A DNA stretch of 64,000 nt from Actinomycetota bacterium (lineage in GTDB: Bacteria; Actinomycetota; Actinomycetes; S36-B12; FW305-bin1), in contig SCTR01000007.1 of assembly GCA_004297305.1 (NCBI GenBank), positions 25,281 through 89,280 of the forward strand. Direction: 5' to 3'. Within the stretch, counting starts at the first letter, position 1. Each line of letters begins with the position of its first letter. A model generated the notes under the pieces. That model had not been told where the DNA came from and did not search any database. It saw only the letters and a list, made by a program, of their open reading frames with translations. The position numbers and the translations under genes were made by a program. Below, piece after piece: positions 10,265 to 20,083 of the stretch.

Positions 10265-11311
10265 ATGACACCCGACCTGGGGACACCCGACCTGGGGACA
10301 CCCGACTCGGGGGAGCCCACCCCACGGTCGGGTGCGGTGCACCCGGGCACGCCACCGGATCGGGCGCCAACGACAGCCGGACGGCCGACCGGTGACGCGC
10401 CGAGCGTCGTGGCGATCGTCGGCCCGACCGCCACCGGCAAGTCCGACCTCGGCATCGCCGTCGCCGAAGCCGTCGGGGGTGAGGTCGTCAACGCCGATTC
10501 CATGCAGCTGTACGACGGCATGCGGATCGGTACCGCCACGGTCCCCGAGCAGCAGCGCCGGGGCGTGCCGCACCATCTGCTGGGCGTCTGGGACATCCAG
10601 GATCCCGCCAGCGTCGTGCGCTACCGCCGCCAGGCCCGCGACGTCATCGACGAGTTGCTCTCGCGGGGCGTCACCCCGGTCCTGGTCGGCGGTTCCGGGT
10701 TGTACGTCAGCGCGGTTCTGGACGACCTGGAGTTCCCGGGCACCGATCCCGCGGTGCGGGCGCGGTGGGAGTCGGCCCTGGCCGACCGCGGATCGGTTGC
10801 GCTGCATGCCGAACTGGCCGCCGTCGATCCCGCGGCGGCCGCGGCCATCCTGCCCAGCAACGGCCGTCGGGTGGTCCGGGCGCTGGAAGTGGTCGAGCTT
10901 CACGGCTCCTTCGTCGCCACGTTGCCGCCGTCGCAGCCGGTGTACCCCTCGGTCCGGCTGGGCTTGGAGTTGTCGCGGCCGGAGCTCGACGCCCGCATCG
11001 ACGCCCGGGTGCAGCGGATGTGGGCCGAGGGCTTGGTCGACGAGGTACGGCGCCTGGTGGAGCGTGGCCTGCGAACGGCGCCGACCGCATCCCGTGCGCT
11101 CGGCTACGCCCAGGTGCTCCGCCTGCTCGCCGGAGAGTACGACGAGGCCACCGCCCAGGCCGAGACCGCTCGCGCGACAAGGGCTTTCGCCCGGCGTCAG
11201 CAGCGCTGGTTCAGGCGCGACCAGCAGGTGCACTGGCTCGACGCCGCCGCCGGCGACCTCGTCGACCGCACGGTTGGCGCGGTGGCTCAGCGCGCGGGGA
11301 CCTCGCGGTAG
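10265..11311 (+). CDS. miaA: tRNA dimethylallyltransferase MiaA (start uncertain; may lie nearer 10409)
   Basis: VVAIVGPTATGKSDLGIAVAEAVGGEVVNADSMQLYDGMRIGTA...GGSGLYV. The N-terminal extension contains a 15-bp tandem repeat. Confidence 0.93.
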   Translation: MTPDLGTPDLGTPDSGEPTPRSGAVHPGTPPDRAPTTAGRPTGDAPSVVAIVGPTATGKSDLGIAVAEAVGGEVVNADSMQLYDGMRIGTATVPEQQRRGVPHHLLGVWDIQDPASVVRYRRQARDVIDELLSRGVTPVLVGGSGLYVSAVLDDLEFPGTDPAVRARWESALADRGSVALHAELAAVDPAAAAAILPSNGRRVVRALEVVELHGSFVATLPPSQPVYPSVRLGLELSRPELDARIDARVQRMWAEGLVDEVRRLVERGLRTAPTASRALGYAQVLRLLAGEYDEATAQAETARATRAFARRQQRWFRRDQQVHWLDAAAGDLVDRTVGAVAQRAGTSR

Positions 11312-12057
11312 AACTCGGTGCCGAACACGTATCGGTACAGCGGCATCGGCAGGCGCAGGAACGCCGCGAGCGTGCGGTCGGCGCCGTCCGCACTGGCCTG
11401 GCTGGCGTGTGCGGCCATCGCGGCTCGTTTCGCGGCGGCGAACCGGCGTACGTCGACCCGGTGGGTGATCTGCGCACGCGGGGTGAACGCCCGCTCGAAG
11501 GTCGTCGGGTCGAATTCCGGTGGGAACCGATACACCTTGCCCACCAACGAGATCGCCCGGGTCAGCGCCTCGCGGGGAACTGTCGCCTCGAACAGTCGTG
11601 GTGTCCCCGCGATCGCCGCTGCGGCAGTTCCGACCCGGTGTACGGCGACGTGGTCCGGGTGTCCGTAGCCGCCCGCGGCGTCGTACACCGTCAGCACGTC
11701 GGCGGACTCCTGCTGCAACAACGAGGCGAGACCGCCGGCCGCGTCGGCCGGGTCGGCCCGGCTGAACGGGACGGGGCCGCCCGGCGGCGGTGTGGCCGTG
11801 CCGTCCAGGCCGGAGTCGGCGTACCCCAGCTCCACCACCCGGGCGACCCCGAGCGCGGCGGCAGAGGCGCGCAGCTCGGCCCGGCGGCGTTCGCCGAGAC
11901 CGTCGCGTAGCGCGGCGGCGGCCAGCCCGGCTTCCCCAGCGGTCGCGACGACGAGGACGACCCGGTGTCCCGCCGCCGATGCCCGGGCCATGGTTCCCGC
12001 CGTCAGCAGTGCCTCGTCGTCGGGGTGAGCGTGAAAGAACACCAGCGTCTGCGGCAC
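11287..12057 (-). CDS. PIG-L/LmbE-family N-acetylglucosaminyl deacetylase
   Basis: This is the C-terminal 257 codons of ORF 11287..12663. It reads VPQTLVFFHAHPDDEALLTAGT... and YGHPDHVAVH, the zinc-binding motifs of the PIG-L family. A GTG at 12057 (or TTG at 12069) is the plausible start. The upstream part of the ORF is R/G-rich and overlaps the divergent GT4 gene. Confidence 0.8.
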   Translation of the reverse strand: MPQTLVFFHAHPDDEALLTAGTMARASAAGHRVVLVVATAGEAGLAAAALRDGLGERRRAELRASAAALGVARVVELGYADSGLDGTATPPPGGPVPFSRADPADAAGGLASLLQQESADVLTVYDAAGGYGHPDHVAVHRVGTAAAAIAGTPRLFEATVPREALTRAISLVGKVYRFPPEFDPTTFERAFTPRAQITHRVDVRRFAAAKRAAMAAHASQASADGADRTLAAFLRLPMPLYRYVFGTEFYREVPAR

Positions 12058-12309
12058 GACCCCATCCAACCCGAGCGGCGTTTCCCTCCGCGCAAGGCGT
12101 TCCCGTCCGCGCACGCCGGCTCCCCGTGGCGCCCGGCCTGAGCTCCGGCCGGCGGCAGCGGCCCCCGGTATGGCGTGGCCGGGGAGAGGAGGTCGCGCCG
12201 CCGCTGGGACGTCCCGGCGGTCAGGACCGGCGACTACCCTGCCGCCCGACACCGAACTGACGACGCGGGCGGCTCGACGAGGCCCGTCCCGGACCAGGCG
12301 AGGAGCGGC

Positions 12310-13410
12310 GTGAGGATCGCGCACGTCAGCGACTGCTACGCCCCGCGGCTGGGCGGCATCGAGGTCCAGGTGGGCGAACTGGCCCGTCGCCAGGTCGAGG
12401 CCGGCGACGAGGTCCGGGTGCTCACCGCGACGCGGCTGGGCGCGGACCACGACGGCGCGGACGGTGTGGTGGTGCACCGGATCACCGCCCGCGTCCCCTT
12501 CGACCTGCCGGTGGCGCCCCGCACTCACCACCACGTCACCGACGTGCTGCGCCGCCACCGCGTCGACGTCGTCCATGTCCACGCCGGTGTCGTGTCGCCG
12601 TTCGCCTGGTCCGGGCTCAAGGCCGCGCTGGACCTCGGCATGCCCACCCTCGTCACGGCCCACTGCGTCTGGGGTCCGCTGGCCACACCGGGCTTCCGGC
12701 TCGCCGAGAAGGTGGTGCGGTGGAGCAGCGCCGGCGCGCAGTTGTCGGCTGTCAGCGACGTGGCCGCCGCACCGATCCGTTCCGTCGCCGCTGACGGCGC
12801 GTCAGTGTTGGTGCTGCCCAACGGAATCGACCCGTCACGGTGGCAGGTCGAACACCGGCCCCGTGAGCCAGGTGTGCTGCGGGTCGCCGCGGTCATGCGG
12901 CTGGCGCCCCGCAAGCGGGCGGTCCCCTTGGCGGTCATCCTGCGCAACGCCGCCGACGCGCTCGCGCCCCAGGTCCGACTGCGGGCCACCGTCGTCGGGG
13001 ACGGACCTGACCGCGCCCGGCTGCAACGCCACGCCGGCGGCGCCGTACGGCTGCCCGGGCGGCTGTCGCACGACGCGATCCGGTCGCTGTACGCCACCAC
13101 CGACGTCTTCGTGCAGCCGTCGGTACGAGAGTCGTTCGGGCTGGCTGCACTGGAGGCGCGTGCCGCGGGCCTGCCGGTCGTCGCGCGGAGCCAGGCCGGT
13201 ATCGGCACCTTCGTCCGTGACGGGGTGGAAGGCCTGCTGGCCGCCGACGATGCCGGGCTGACCGCCGCGCTGGTCCGGCTCGGCCAGGACCCGGTGCTGC
13301 TCGACCGGATCAGCGACCACAACCGGCAGACCCCGGTGGTCCAGGACTGGCCGCACGTGCTCGCTGCGACCAGGGCGGCGTACGCCGCCGCCGGAGCGAC
13401 GGCGGCTTGA
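12310..13410 (+). CDS. GT4-family glycosyltransferase
   Basis: GTG 12310 is preceded by AGGAG. The sequence runs VRIAHVSDCYAPRLGGIEVQV...ESFGLAALEARAAGLPVVA (GT-B/GT4 EX7E region). Confidence 0.85.
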   Translation: MRIAHVSDCYAPRLGGIEVQVGELARRQVEAGDEVRVLTATRLGADHDGADGVVVHRITARVPFDLPVAPRTHHHVTDVLRRHRVDVVHVHAGVVSPFAWSGLKAALDLGMPTLVTAHCVWGPLATPGFRLAEKVVRWSSAGAQLSAVSDVAAAPIRSVAADGASVLVLPNGIDPSRWQVEHRPREPGVLRVAAVMRLAPRKRAVPLAVILRNAADALAPQVRLRATVVGDGPDRARLQRHAGGAVRLPGRLSHDAIRSLYATTDVFVQPSVRESFGLAALEARAAGLPVVARSQAGIGTFVRDGVEGLLAADDAGLTAALVRLGQDPVLLDRISDHNRQTPVVQDWPHVLAATRAAYAAAGATAA

Positions 13411-13466
13411 CCCCGGACCACCGCTTGACCTGACCGGAGCGGGCCCGGGACGCCTAGGCTGCCAGC

Positions 13467-14381
13467 GTGACTGCCGACGCCCACGCCTTCGTCACCGGGC
13501 TGCCGCCGGCCGACGGCCTCGGTCACCGCGGGCTGCCCTTCCTCAAGGCGCACGGCACGGGCAACGACTTCGTGATCCTCGACGACTCCGACGGCCGGCT
13601 CGACCTCACCCCGGGCCTGGTCGCCGCGATCTGCGATCGCCACCGCGGGGTGGGTGCCGACGGCGTCCTGCGCGTCGTGGCCAGTGGGGCCGATCCGGTC
13701 AGCGCCGGCCAGGTCGCCGCCGCGCCGTACTTCATGGACTACCGGAACTCCGACGGCTCGCTGGCTCAGATGTGCGGCAACGGCGCCCGGGTCTTCCTGC
13801 GGTATTTGGTGGCCGCGAAACTGTGTCCTGCCGGCTGGATCCCGTTCGCGACCCGCGCCGGCGTCCTGCGCGGCTACGTCCCGCCGGTGGGCGACGTCGT
13901 CGTCCAGATGGGACGCCCGCAGCCGGGCGAGCCGACGGCCGCGCCGCAGGTCGCCGTGCCCGGGAACCGTTGGCCTGCAGCCGCTGTCTTCGCACCCAAC
14001 CCGCATGCCGTGGTGTTCGTCGACGACCTTGCCGACGCCGGCGACCTGCGGCAGGCGCCGAGGGTCGAGCCATCCACGGCGTTCCCGGACGGGGTGAACG
14101 TCGAGTTCGTCGTCACCCGCGGCCAGGCCCACCTCGCGATGCGCGTCCACGAACGCGGCTCGGGGGAGACGCTGTCGTGCGGGACCGGGGCGGTCGCGGC
14201 GACCTGGGCCGCCCGGCGACGTGACGGCGCGTCGCCGGAGGCTCGCTGGCGGGTCGACGTGGGCGGCGGGACGCTGTGGGTGACCGAACGCGAGGACGGG
14301 TCGTTCGAGTTGGCCGGGCCGGTCTCGTTCGTCGCCCGCGGCGTGCTGAGTCCCACCTGGCTGGCCGAGGTCACCGGCTGA
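13467..14381 (+). CDS. dapF: Diaminopimelate epimerase
   Basis: FLKAHGTGNDFVILDD, catalytic MCGNGARVF and SCGTGAVA motifs. Confidence 0.95.
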   Translation: MTADAHAFVTGLPPADGLGHRGLPFLKAHGTGNDFVILDDSDGRLDLTPGLVAAICDRHRGVGADGVLRVVASGADPVSAGQVAAAPYFMDYRNSDGSLAQMCGNGARVFLRYLVAAKLCPAGWIPFATRAGVLRGYVPPVGDVVVQMGRPQPGEPTAAPQVAVPGNRWPAAAVFAPNPHAVVFVDDLADAGDLRQAPRVEPSTAFPDGVNVEFVVTRGQAHLAMRVHERGSGETLSCGTGAVAATWAARRRDGASPEARWRVDVGGGTLWVTEREDGSFELAGPVSFVARGVLSPTWLAEVTG

Positions 14382-14448
14382 GCCCCGCCTGGCTGGCGGA
14401 GGTCACCGGCTAAGCCTCCCGTGGCTGGCCGAGGTCACCGGCTGAGCT
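14356..14448. repeat. Three tandem ~32-bp copies of the dapF 3' end including its stop codon
   Basis: The three copies are CCTGGCTGGCCGAGGTCACCGGCTGAGCC, CCTGGCTGGCGGAGGTCACCGGCTAAGCC and CGTGGCTGGCCGAGGTCACCGGCTGAGCT. The stop triplets fall at 14379, 14411 and 14443. Confidence 0.9.
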
Positions 14449-14519
14449 GGGCCGGCGCGACGTTCGCCGGCGGCGAATCGGCACTGCGCCGGGCGGCGTC
14501 GCGTGCGACCCTGGAGCCG

Positions 14520-15938
14520 ATGACTGAATCCGTGCCCCAGGCGCCCCTGCGCAGCGCGCCGTACGACGAGGACCCCGACCTGGGGTCGTTGCAGCTGGAG
14601 GACCGCCAGGCGCTGCGACGCGTCGCCGGCCTGTCGACCGAACTCGAGGACGTCAGCGAGGTCGAGTATCGGCGCGTCCGGCTCGAGCGCGTCGTGCTGG
14701 TCGGAGTCTGGACCGAGGGGACGCTGCGCGACGCGGAGCGTTCGCTGCAGGAACTCGCCCGGCTGGCTGAAACTGCCGGCTCGATCGTGCTCGACGGCGT
14801 CGTGCAACGCCGCGACCGCCCGGACGCCGCGACGTACATCGGGTCGGGCAAGGCCCGCGAACTGCGCGACATCGTCGCCGCGACGGGAGCGGACACGGTG
14901 ATCTGCGACGGCGAACTGACCCCCGGGCAGCTGCGCGAACTGGAGGACGTCGTCAAGGTCAAGGTCGTGGACCGGACCTGGCTGATCCTGGACATCTTCG
15001 CCCAGCACGCCCGCAGCCGAGAGGGCAAAGCTCAGGTCTCGTTGGCGCAGATGCAATATCTGATGCCGCGGCTGCGCGGTTGGGGCGAGTCGCTGTCCCG
15101 GCAGGCCGGTGGCCGGGTCGGTGCCGCTGGCGGCGGTATCGGGACCAGAGGCCCGGGCGAGACGAAGATCGAGACCGACCGGCGGCGGATCCGTACGCAG
15201 ATGGCGCGGCTGCGCCGGGACATTCGCGATATGGCGACCGCCCGGACCACCCAGCGTGCGCACCGGCGCCGCCACGCCGTCCCGGCCGTGGTGATCGCCG
15301 GGTACACCAACGCCGGCAAGTCCAGTGTGCTGAACCGGCTGACCGGCGCCGGCGTGCTGGTGCAGGACGCGCTGTTCGCCACGCTGGATCCGACCGTACG
15401 GCGGGGCCGCACCGTCGGTGGACGCGAGTTCACGTTGACCGACACCGTCGGTTTCGTCCGGCATCTGCCGCACCAACTCGTCGAGGCGTTCCGGTCGACC
15501 CTGGAAGAGGTCGCCGAGTCGGACCTGGTGCTGCATGTCGTGGACGGGTCCGATGAGGCTCCGGAGGAACAGATCCGGGCGGTCCGTGAGGTCCTCGCCG
15601 ATATCGACGCGACGACGGTCACCGAACTGATCGTGTTCAACAAGGCCGACGCCGCCGACCCGTTGGCGTTGGAACAGGTCCGCCGGCAATACCCCGGCTC
15701 GTTGGTGGTCTCGGCACGGACCGGCGCGGGTTTCGAGGAGTTGTCGCGGCGGATCGAACAATTGCTGCCACGGCCCCGCGTCGAGGTCGAGGTCGTCGTG
15801 CCGTACGACCGCGGTGACCTGGTCTCCCGGGTCCATCGTGACGGCGAGGTTCTCGAACTCGATCACCTGTCGGCCGGCACGCGACTGGTCGCGCGGGTCC
15901 CGGCCGGGCTCGCCGGCGAACTTCGCGCCCTCGCCTGA
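14520..15938 (+). CDS. hflX: GTPase HflX
   Basis: ORF 14421..15938; the likely start is ATG 14520 (MTESVPQ...). G-domain motifs IAGYTNAGKSSVLNRLT, DTVGF and NKAD are present, along with the HflX N-terminal domain. Confidence 0.93.
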   Translation: MTESVPQAPLRSAPYDEDPDLGSLQLEDRQALRRVAGLSTELEDVSEVEYRRVRLERVVLVGVWTEGTLRDAERSLQELARLAETAGSIVLDGVVQRRDRPDAATYIGSGKARELRDIVAATGADTVICDGELTPGQLRELEDVVKVKVVDRTWLILDIFAQHARSREGKAQVSLAQMQYLMPRLRGWGESLSRQAGGRVGAAGGGIGTRGPGETKIETDRRRIRTQMARLRRDIRDMATARTTQRAHRRRHAVPAVVIAGYTNAGKSSVLNRLTGAGVLVQDALFATLDPTVRRGRTVGGREFTLTDTVGFVRHLPHQLVEAFRSTLEEVAESDLVLHVVDGSDEAPEEQIRAVREVLADIDATTVTELIVFNKADAADPLALEQVRRQYPGSLVVSARTGAGFEELSRRIEQLLPRPRVEVEVVVPYDRGDLVSRVHRDGEVLELDHLSAGTRLVARVPAGLAGELRALA

Positions 15939-16025
15939 GCGCGCAGCGGCCTCGCTCGCCGCGTCGGTGTCCCCAGGCCGCGACGCCGAGCTGGTTGCCG
16001 GCGATGACTCTGCGACCATGCCGGG

Positions 16026-18161
16026 GTGACCGGTGCCTCCGATGGACGTCGATCCAGCGCAGCGCCCGGCGAGCTGGCCGCCGACGGCCCGGCGACCACG
16101 TCGACCTCGAATGCGGCCACAGCGGGCCCGCACGTGCTGCGGGCGCTCGCTGCCGCCGTCGACGCCCTGGGTGGCGAGCACCGCAGTGGTCAGGTGGCGA
16201 TGGCCGAGGCCGTGGCTTCGGCGCTGGACGGCAACCGACATCTGCTCGTGCAGGCCGGGACGGGGACGGGCAAGTCGCTGGCGTACCTGGTCCCCGCGCT
16301 GCTGCACGCCCGCAGTGGCAGCGGCCGGGTCGTCGTCGCCACGGCAACCCTGGCCTTGCAGCACCAGCTGGTCGAGCGTGACCTGCCGCGGCTCGTCGAT
16401 GCCATCGAGCCGGTGATCGGGCGTCGGCCGGTCTACGCCGTACTCAAAGGCCGGCAGAACTACGTGTGCCTGGACCGGCTGCACCGAGCTGGCCCGGACG
16501 ACGACACCGCCGCGCTGTTCGACGCGCCGCAGACGGCGCTGGGCAAGCAGTCCGTGGCGCTGCGGGAGTGGGCCGAGCAGACCGACACCGGCGATCGGGA
16601 CGACTATCCGGACCCGGTCGACCCTCGGGTGTGGCGCGGCTTGTCGGTGTCGAGCCGGGAATGTGTCGGCAAGGCCCGCTGTGGGTTCGGCGAGGAGTGT
16701 TTCGCCGAACGCGCCCGCGATCGCGCTCGCGAGGCCGACGTCGTCGTCACCAACCACGCGCTGCTCGCGATCGGTGCGCTGGAAGGCATTCCGGTCCTGC
16801 CCGAACACGACGCGGTGGTCATCGACGAGGGTCACGAACTGGTCGACCGGGCGACGGCGGCCGTGACGATGGAGCTGAGTTCCCGCACCGTCGAACGCGC
16901 GGCCGGACGTGCCCGGCGTAGTGCGGAAGACGAGGTGGTGGACCGACTCGCCGACGCCGGCGACGACCTGGCAGAGGCGCTGCAATCGCTTGCTGGCCAG
17001 TCAGTACGCCGCATCCAGGGCGCCGACGGACCGTTGGCCGCGGCGCTGGTCGAGGTGCGGGACGCCGCCCACGCCGTGATCACCGCGATCAACCGGACGA
17101 AGCTCGACGCCAGCGACGCCGAGGGAATCGCCCGGCGGCAACTGGTCCGGGCCGCGCTGGACGAGGTCCACGATGCGGCGGTGCGGCTGTCGGACCTCAC
17201 CGAGCACGACGTCGCCTGGTTGGACGCGGGCGAACAGCGGACGCCGGCACTGAAGTTGGCCCCGTTGTCGGTGTCCGGGTTGCTCCGGCTGGCCCTGTTC
17301 GAGCAGTCCACCGTCATCGTGACCAGTGCGACGCTGACGCTGGGCGGGTCGTTCGACCCGCTGGCCGCCTCCTTCGGTCTGGCCGGACCTGCCGCCCCGC
17401 GGTGGGACAGCCTGGATGTGGGTTCGCCGTTCGACTTCGCCCGGCAGGGCATCCTCTACGTCGCAGCGCATCTGCCGTCGCCGGGCCGTGACGGGCTGCC
17501 TGAGGAAGCGCTCGACGAACTCGGAGACCTCGTGGCGGCGGCCGGCGGCCGGACCCTGGCGCTGTTCTCGTCGTGGCGCGCCGTCGACCGGGCGGCCGAC
17601 TACCTGCGGGTCCGGTTGGGGGAGAAGGCACCCGGTCCGCTGCACGTGCAGCGCCGAGGCGACAGCGTCGGAGATCTGGTCAAGCGCTTCGCCGCGGACG
17701 AGCGTTCCACGCTGCTGGGCACGCTGTCGTTGTGGCAGGGCGTCGACGTCCCGGGACCGGCGTGCACGTGTGTGGTGATCGATCGCATCCCGTTCCCGCG
17801 TCCGGACGATCCGTTGGTCGCCGCCCGGCAACAGGCCGTGGACGACAAGGGCGGCAGCGGGTTTCGCGCGGTGAGCGTGCCTCGGGCCGCCCTGCTGCTG
17901 GCCCAGGGGGTCGGGCGGTTGATCCGGGGCGGTGACGACCGGGGGGTGGTGGCCGTGCTCGACCCGCGGCTGGCGACGGCCGGCTACGGCGGTTTCCTGC
18001 GGGCCAGTTTGCCGCCGTTCTGGTACACCGTGGACGGCTCGCTGGTCCGTGCCGCACTGACCCGGCTGGACGCCGGTTTCACCGAATCCGATCGTCCCGG
18101 TGCTGTTCTCAGCGGCGCTGGTCGTGCCGGCTCCGGGGCGAACGAGGACTCCACCGGTTAG
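16026..18161 (+). CDS. dinG: DinG/XPD-like ATP-dependent DNA helicase (SF2, Fe-S type)
   Basis: VQAGTGTGKSLAYLVPAL (Walker A), a Cys-rich insert (YVCLDRL...SRECVGKARCGFGEECF), VVIDEGHEL, and a C-terminal helicase domain. Confidence 0.85.
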   Translation: MTGASDGRRSSAAPGELAADGPATTSTSNAATAGPHVLRALAAAVDALGGEHRSGQVAMAEAVASALDGNRHLLVQAGTGTGKSLAYLVPALLHARSGSGRVVVATATLALQHQLVERDLPRLVDAIEPVIGRRPVYAVLKGRQNYVCLDRLHRAGPDDDTAALFDAPQTALGKQSVALREWAEQTDTGDRDDYPDPVDPRVWRGLSVSSRECVGKARCGFGEECFAERARDRAREADVVVTNHALLAIGALEGIPVLPEHDAVVIDEGHELVDRATAAVTMELSSRTVERAAGRARRSAEDEVVDRLADAGDDLAEALQSLAGQSVRRIQGADGPLAAALVEVRDAAHAVITAINRTKLDASDAEGIARRQLVRAALDEVHDAAVRLSDLTEHDVAWLDAGEQRTPALKLAPLSVSGLLRLALFEQSTVIVTSATLTLGGSFDPLAASFGLAGPAAPRWDSLDVGSPFDFARQGILYVAAHLPSPGRDGLPEEALDELGDLVAAAGGRTLALFSSWRAVDRAADYLRVRLGEKAPGPLHVQRRGDSVGDLVKRFAADERSTLLGTLSLWQGVDVPGPACTCVVIDRIPFPRPDDPLVAARQQAVDDKGGSGFRAVSVPRAALLLAQGVGRLIRGGDDRGVVAVLDPRLATAGYGGFLRASLPPFWYTVDGSLVRAALTRLDAGFTESDRPGAVLSGAGRAGSGANEDSTG

Positions 18162-18177
18162 CGACGATGATGGGCGC

Positions 18178-18585
18178 ATGGATCAGGACGACGTACGCCG
18201 GATCGCCCTTGCGCTGCCGGAGACCGAGGAAGCGACGGACCGCTTCGGAATCGGAATCCGGCACAACGGCAAGCTGAAGAAGCTCGCCTGGGTGTGGCTC
18301 GAGCGTCTGCAGCCCAAACGGTCTCGGGTGCCCAATCCGACGGTGCTGGCCGTCCGGGTGGCCGGTGAGGCCGAGAAGCGCGAACTGGTCGCTGCCGACC
18401 CACGGATCTACTTCACCGAACCGCACTACGACGGCTATCCCGCCGTCCTGGTGCGGTTGGCCGAGATCGACGAGCCGGAGCTGACCGAACTCCTCCTCGA
18501 CGCCTGGCGGGCGGCCGCGCCACCGGCGCTGCAGCAAGCTCACCGGGCGGAGTCGCCGGCCGATCCTCGGCAGCCTCGCAGCTGA
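18178..18585 (+). CDS. MmcQ/YjbR-like putative DNA-binding protein
   Basis: From ATG 18178: MDQDDVRRIALALPETEEATDRFGIGIRHNGKLKKLAWVW... The pattern resembles the YjbR family; this call comes from memory. Confidence 0.5.
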   Translation: MDQDDVRRIALALPETEEATDRFGIGIRHNGKLKKLAWVWLERLQPKRSRVPNPTVLAVRVAGEAEKRELVAADPRIYFTEPHYDGYPAVLVRLAEIDEPELTELLLDAWRAAAPPALQQAHRAESPADPRQPRS

Positions 18586-18642
18586 CGGCAGCCGACGGCC
18601 GCTGCTCCGCGCCAGCCAGCGACCGGCTGGCGAGTCGTCATG

Positions 18643-18720
18643 GAGTGGGCGTTCGAGCTCACACTGAGTAGGGCGTTCCAGCCGACACTGAGTGGGGCGT
18701 TTGAGCGGACGGTGAGGGGG
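18643..18720. repeat. 3.3 copies of a ~24-bp tandem repeat upstream of the DUF4383 gene
   Basis: The copies are GAGTGGGCGTTCGAGCTCACACT, GAGTAGGGCGTTCCAGCCGACACT, GAGTGGGGCGTTTGAGCGGACGGT and a partial GAGGGGG. Confidence 0.85.
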
Positions 18721-18774
18721 AATCCCCAGCGCACCGGTACCGCCGTGTGGCGGTGCCTGCTGCGGAGGTGGGAC

Positions 18775-19236
18775 ATGTCGGATACGCGCCCAACGTGGTC
18801 GAACGATCCCGGTGTGGTTCCCCGGACGTTGGCTCTGGTCTTCGGGATTGTCTACCTGGTCGTCGGGATCGTCGGCTTCTTCATCACCGGGTTCGACAAC
18901 TTCGCCTCGCACACCGACGAGCATCTGCTGTGGTTCGAGATCAACCCGCTGCACAACGTGGTGCACATCGTCATCGGTCTCGCCGGAATCGCTCTCGCCA
19001 GTAGCCTGACCGGTGCCCGCACCTACGGCTGGCTGCTGTTCGCCGGGTACGGCATCGTGTTTGTGTACGGCCTCTGGGCGGTCGGACGGACCGGGAACGA
19101 GAACTTCCTCAGCATCAACAGCGCGGACAATGTCTTGCACGGCGTGACCGCACTGATCGGCCTGGTGATCGCGCTGTGGCCGATCCGCGCTGACGCCCGG
19201 TCGTCGGTCGACCGCAGCATCAATCCCACGCTGTAG
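18775..19236 (+). CDS. DUF4383-family membrane protein
   Basis: ATG 18775 follows GGAGGTGGG. The sequence RTLALVFGIVYLVVGIVGFFITGF...FEINPLHNVVHIVIGLAG...NVLHGVTALIGL has four hydrophobic helices and the family's conserved NxxH motifs. Confidence 0.8.
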   Translation: MSDTRPTWSNDPGVVPRTLALVFGIVYLVVGIVGFFITGFDNFASHTDEHLLWFEINPLHNVVHIVIGLAGIALASSLTGARTYGWLLFAGYGIVFVYGLWAVGRTGNENFLSINSADNVLHGVTALIGLVIALWPIRADARSSVDRSINPTL

Positions 19237-19318
19237 CCCGAAAGCTCGCTCCTTCTCGGCGGTCGCTCGGTTGCGTGCTCGGCTCGGCGGTCGTTCGGGG
19301 GTTGCGTGCTCGGCGTTG

Positions 19319-20083
19319 CTAGACCTTGCGCAGCACGGCGACGACGCGGCCGAGCACCCGGCTGTGATCGCCGAGAATCGGCTCGTACGCGGGGTTGTGT
19401 GGCATCAGCCAGACGTGGCCGTCGCGGCGCTTGTAGGTCTTGACGGTCGCCTCGTCGTCCAGCAGGGCAGCAACGATGTCGCCGTTCTCCGCTGTGGGCT
19501 GGGATCTGACGACGACCCAGTCGCCGTCGCAGATTGCCGCGTCGACCATCGAGTCACCCACTACCTTGAGCAGGAAGAGTTCACCGTCGCCCACGACCTC
19601 GCGCGGCAGCGGGAAGACCTGTTCGACGGCCTGCTCGGCCAGGATCGGACCGCCGGCAGCGATCCGCCCGACGACCGGGACGTACGCCGCCGCGGGGTGG
19701 GCGTCGCCGCTGCCGGTCTCGTCGTACGCCGCTTCGCCGGGCAGCAGAACCTCGACCGCCCGCGGGCGGTGCGGGTCACGACGCAGAAACCCTTTGGCCT
19801 CCAAGCTCTTCAGCTGGTGCGCGACGCTGGACGGTGAGGTGAGGCCGACCGCCTCGCCGATCTCGCGGATGCTCGGCGGATAGCCGCGGCGTTCGACTGT
19901 CTCCCGGATGACCTCGAGCACGCGTCGGGCTCGTGGCGTCAGCCCGTGGATGTCCGGAGGGCCATCCGGAATGGGGATCACCGCGCCGGACTCACCCGCG
20001 GTGCTCGACTGTGGCGACGCCGTGCCGATCGAGCCGCGCGCGGCGGTCGGAGTGGTACCGGTACGGCTGCGGCGCTCGGCCAC
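19319..20083 (-). CDS. lexA: LexA repressor
   Basis: [56 protein letters not shown] (winged HTH), the AAG cleavage region, and the S24 peptidase motifs GDSM and KR. An N-terminal extension is typical of actinobacteria. Confidence 0.95.
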   Translation of the reverse strand: MAERRSRTGTTPTAARGSIGTASPQSSTAGESGAVIPIPDGPPDIHGLTPRARRVLEVIRETVERRGYPPSIREIGEAVGLTSPSSVAHQLKSLEAKGFLRRDPHRPRAVEVLLPGEAAYDETGSGDAHPAAAYVPVVGRIAAGGPILAEQAVEQVFPLPREVVGDGELFLLKVVGDSMVDAAICDGDWVVVRSQPTAENGDIVAALLDDEATVKTYKRRDGHVWLMPHNPAYEPILGDHSRVLGRVVAVLRKV

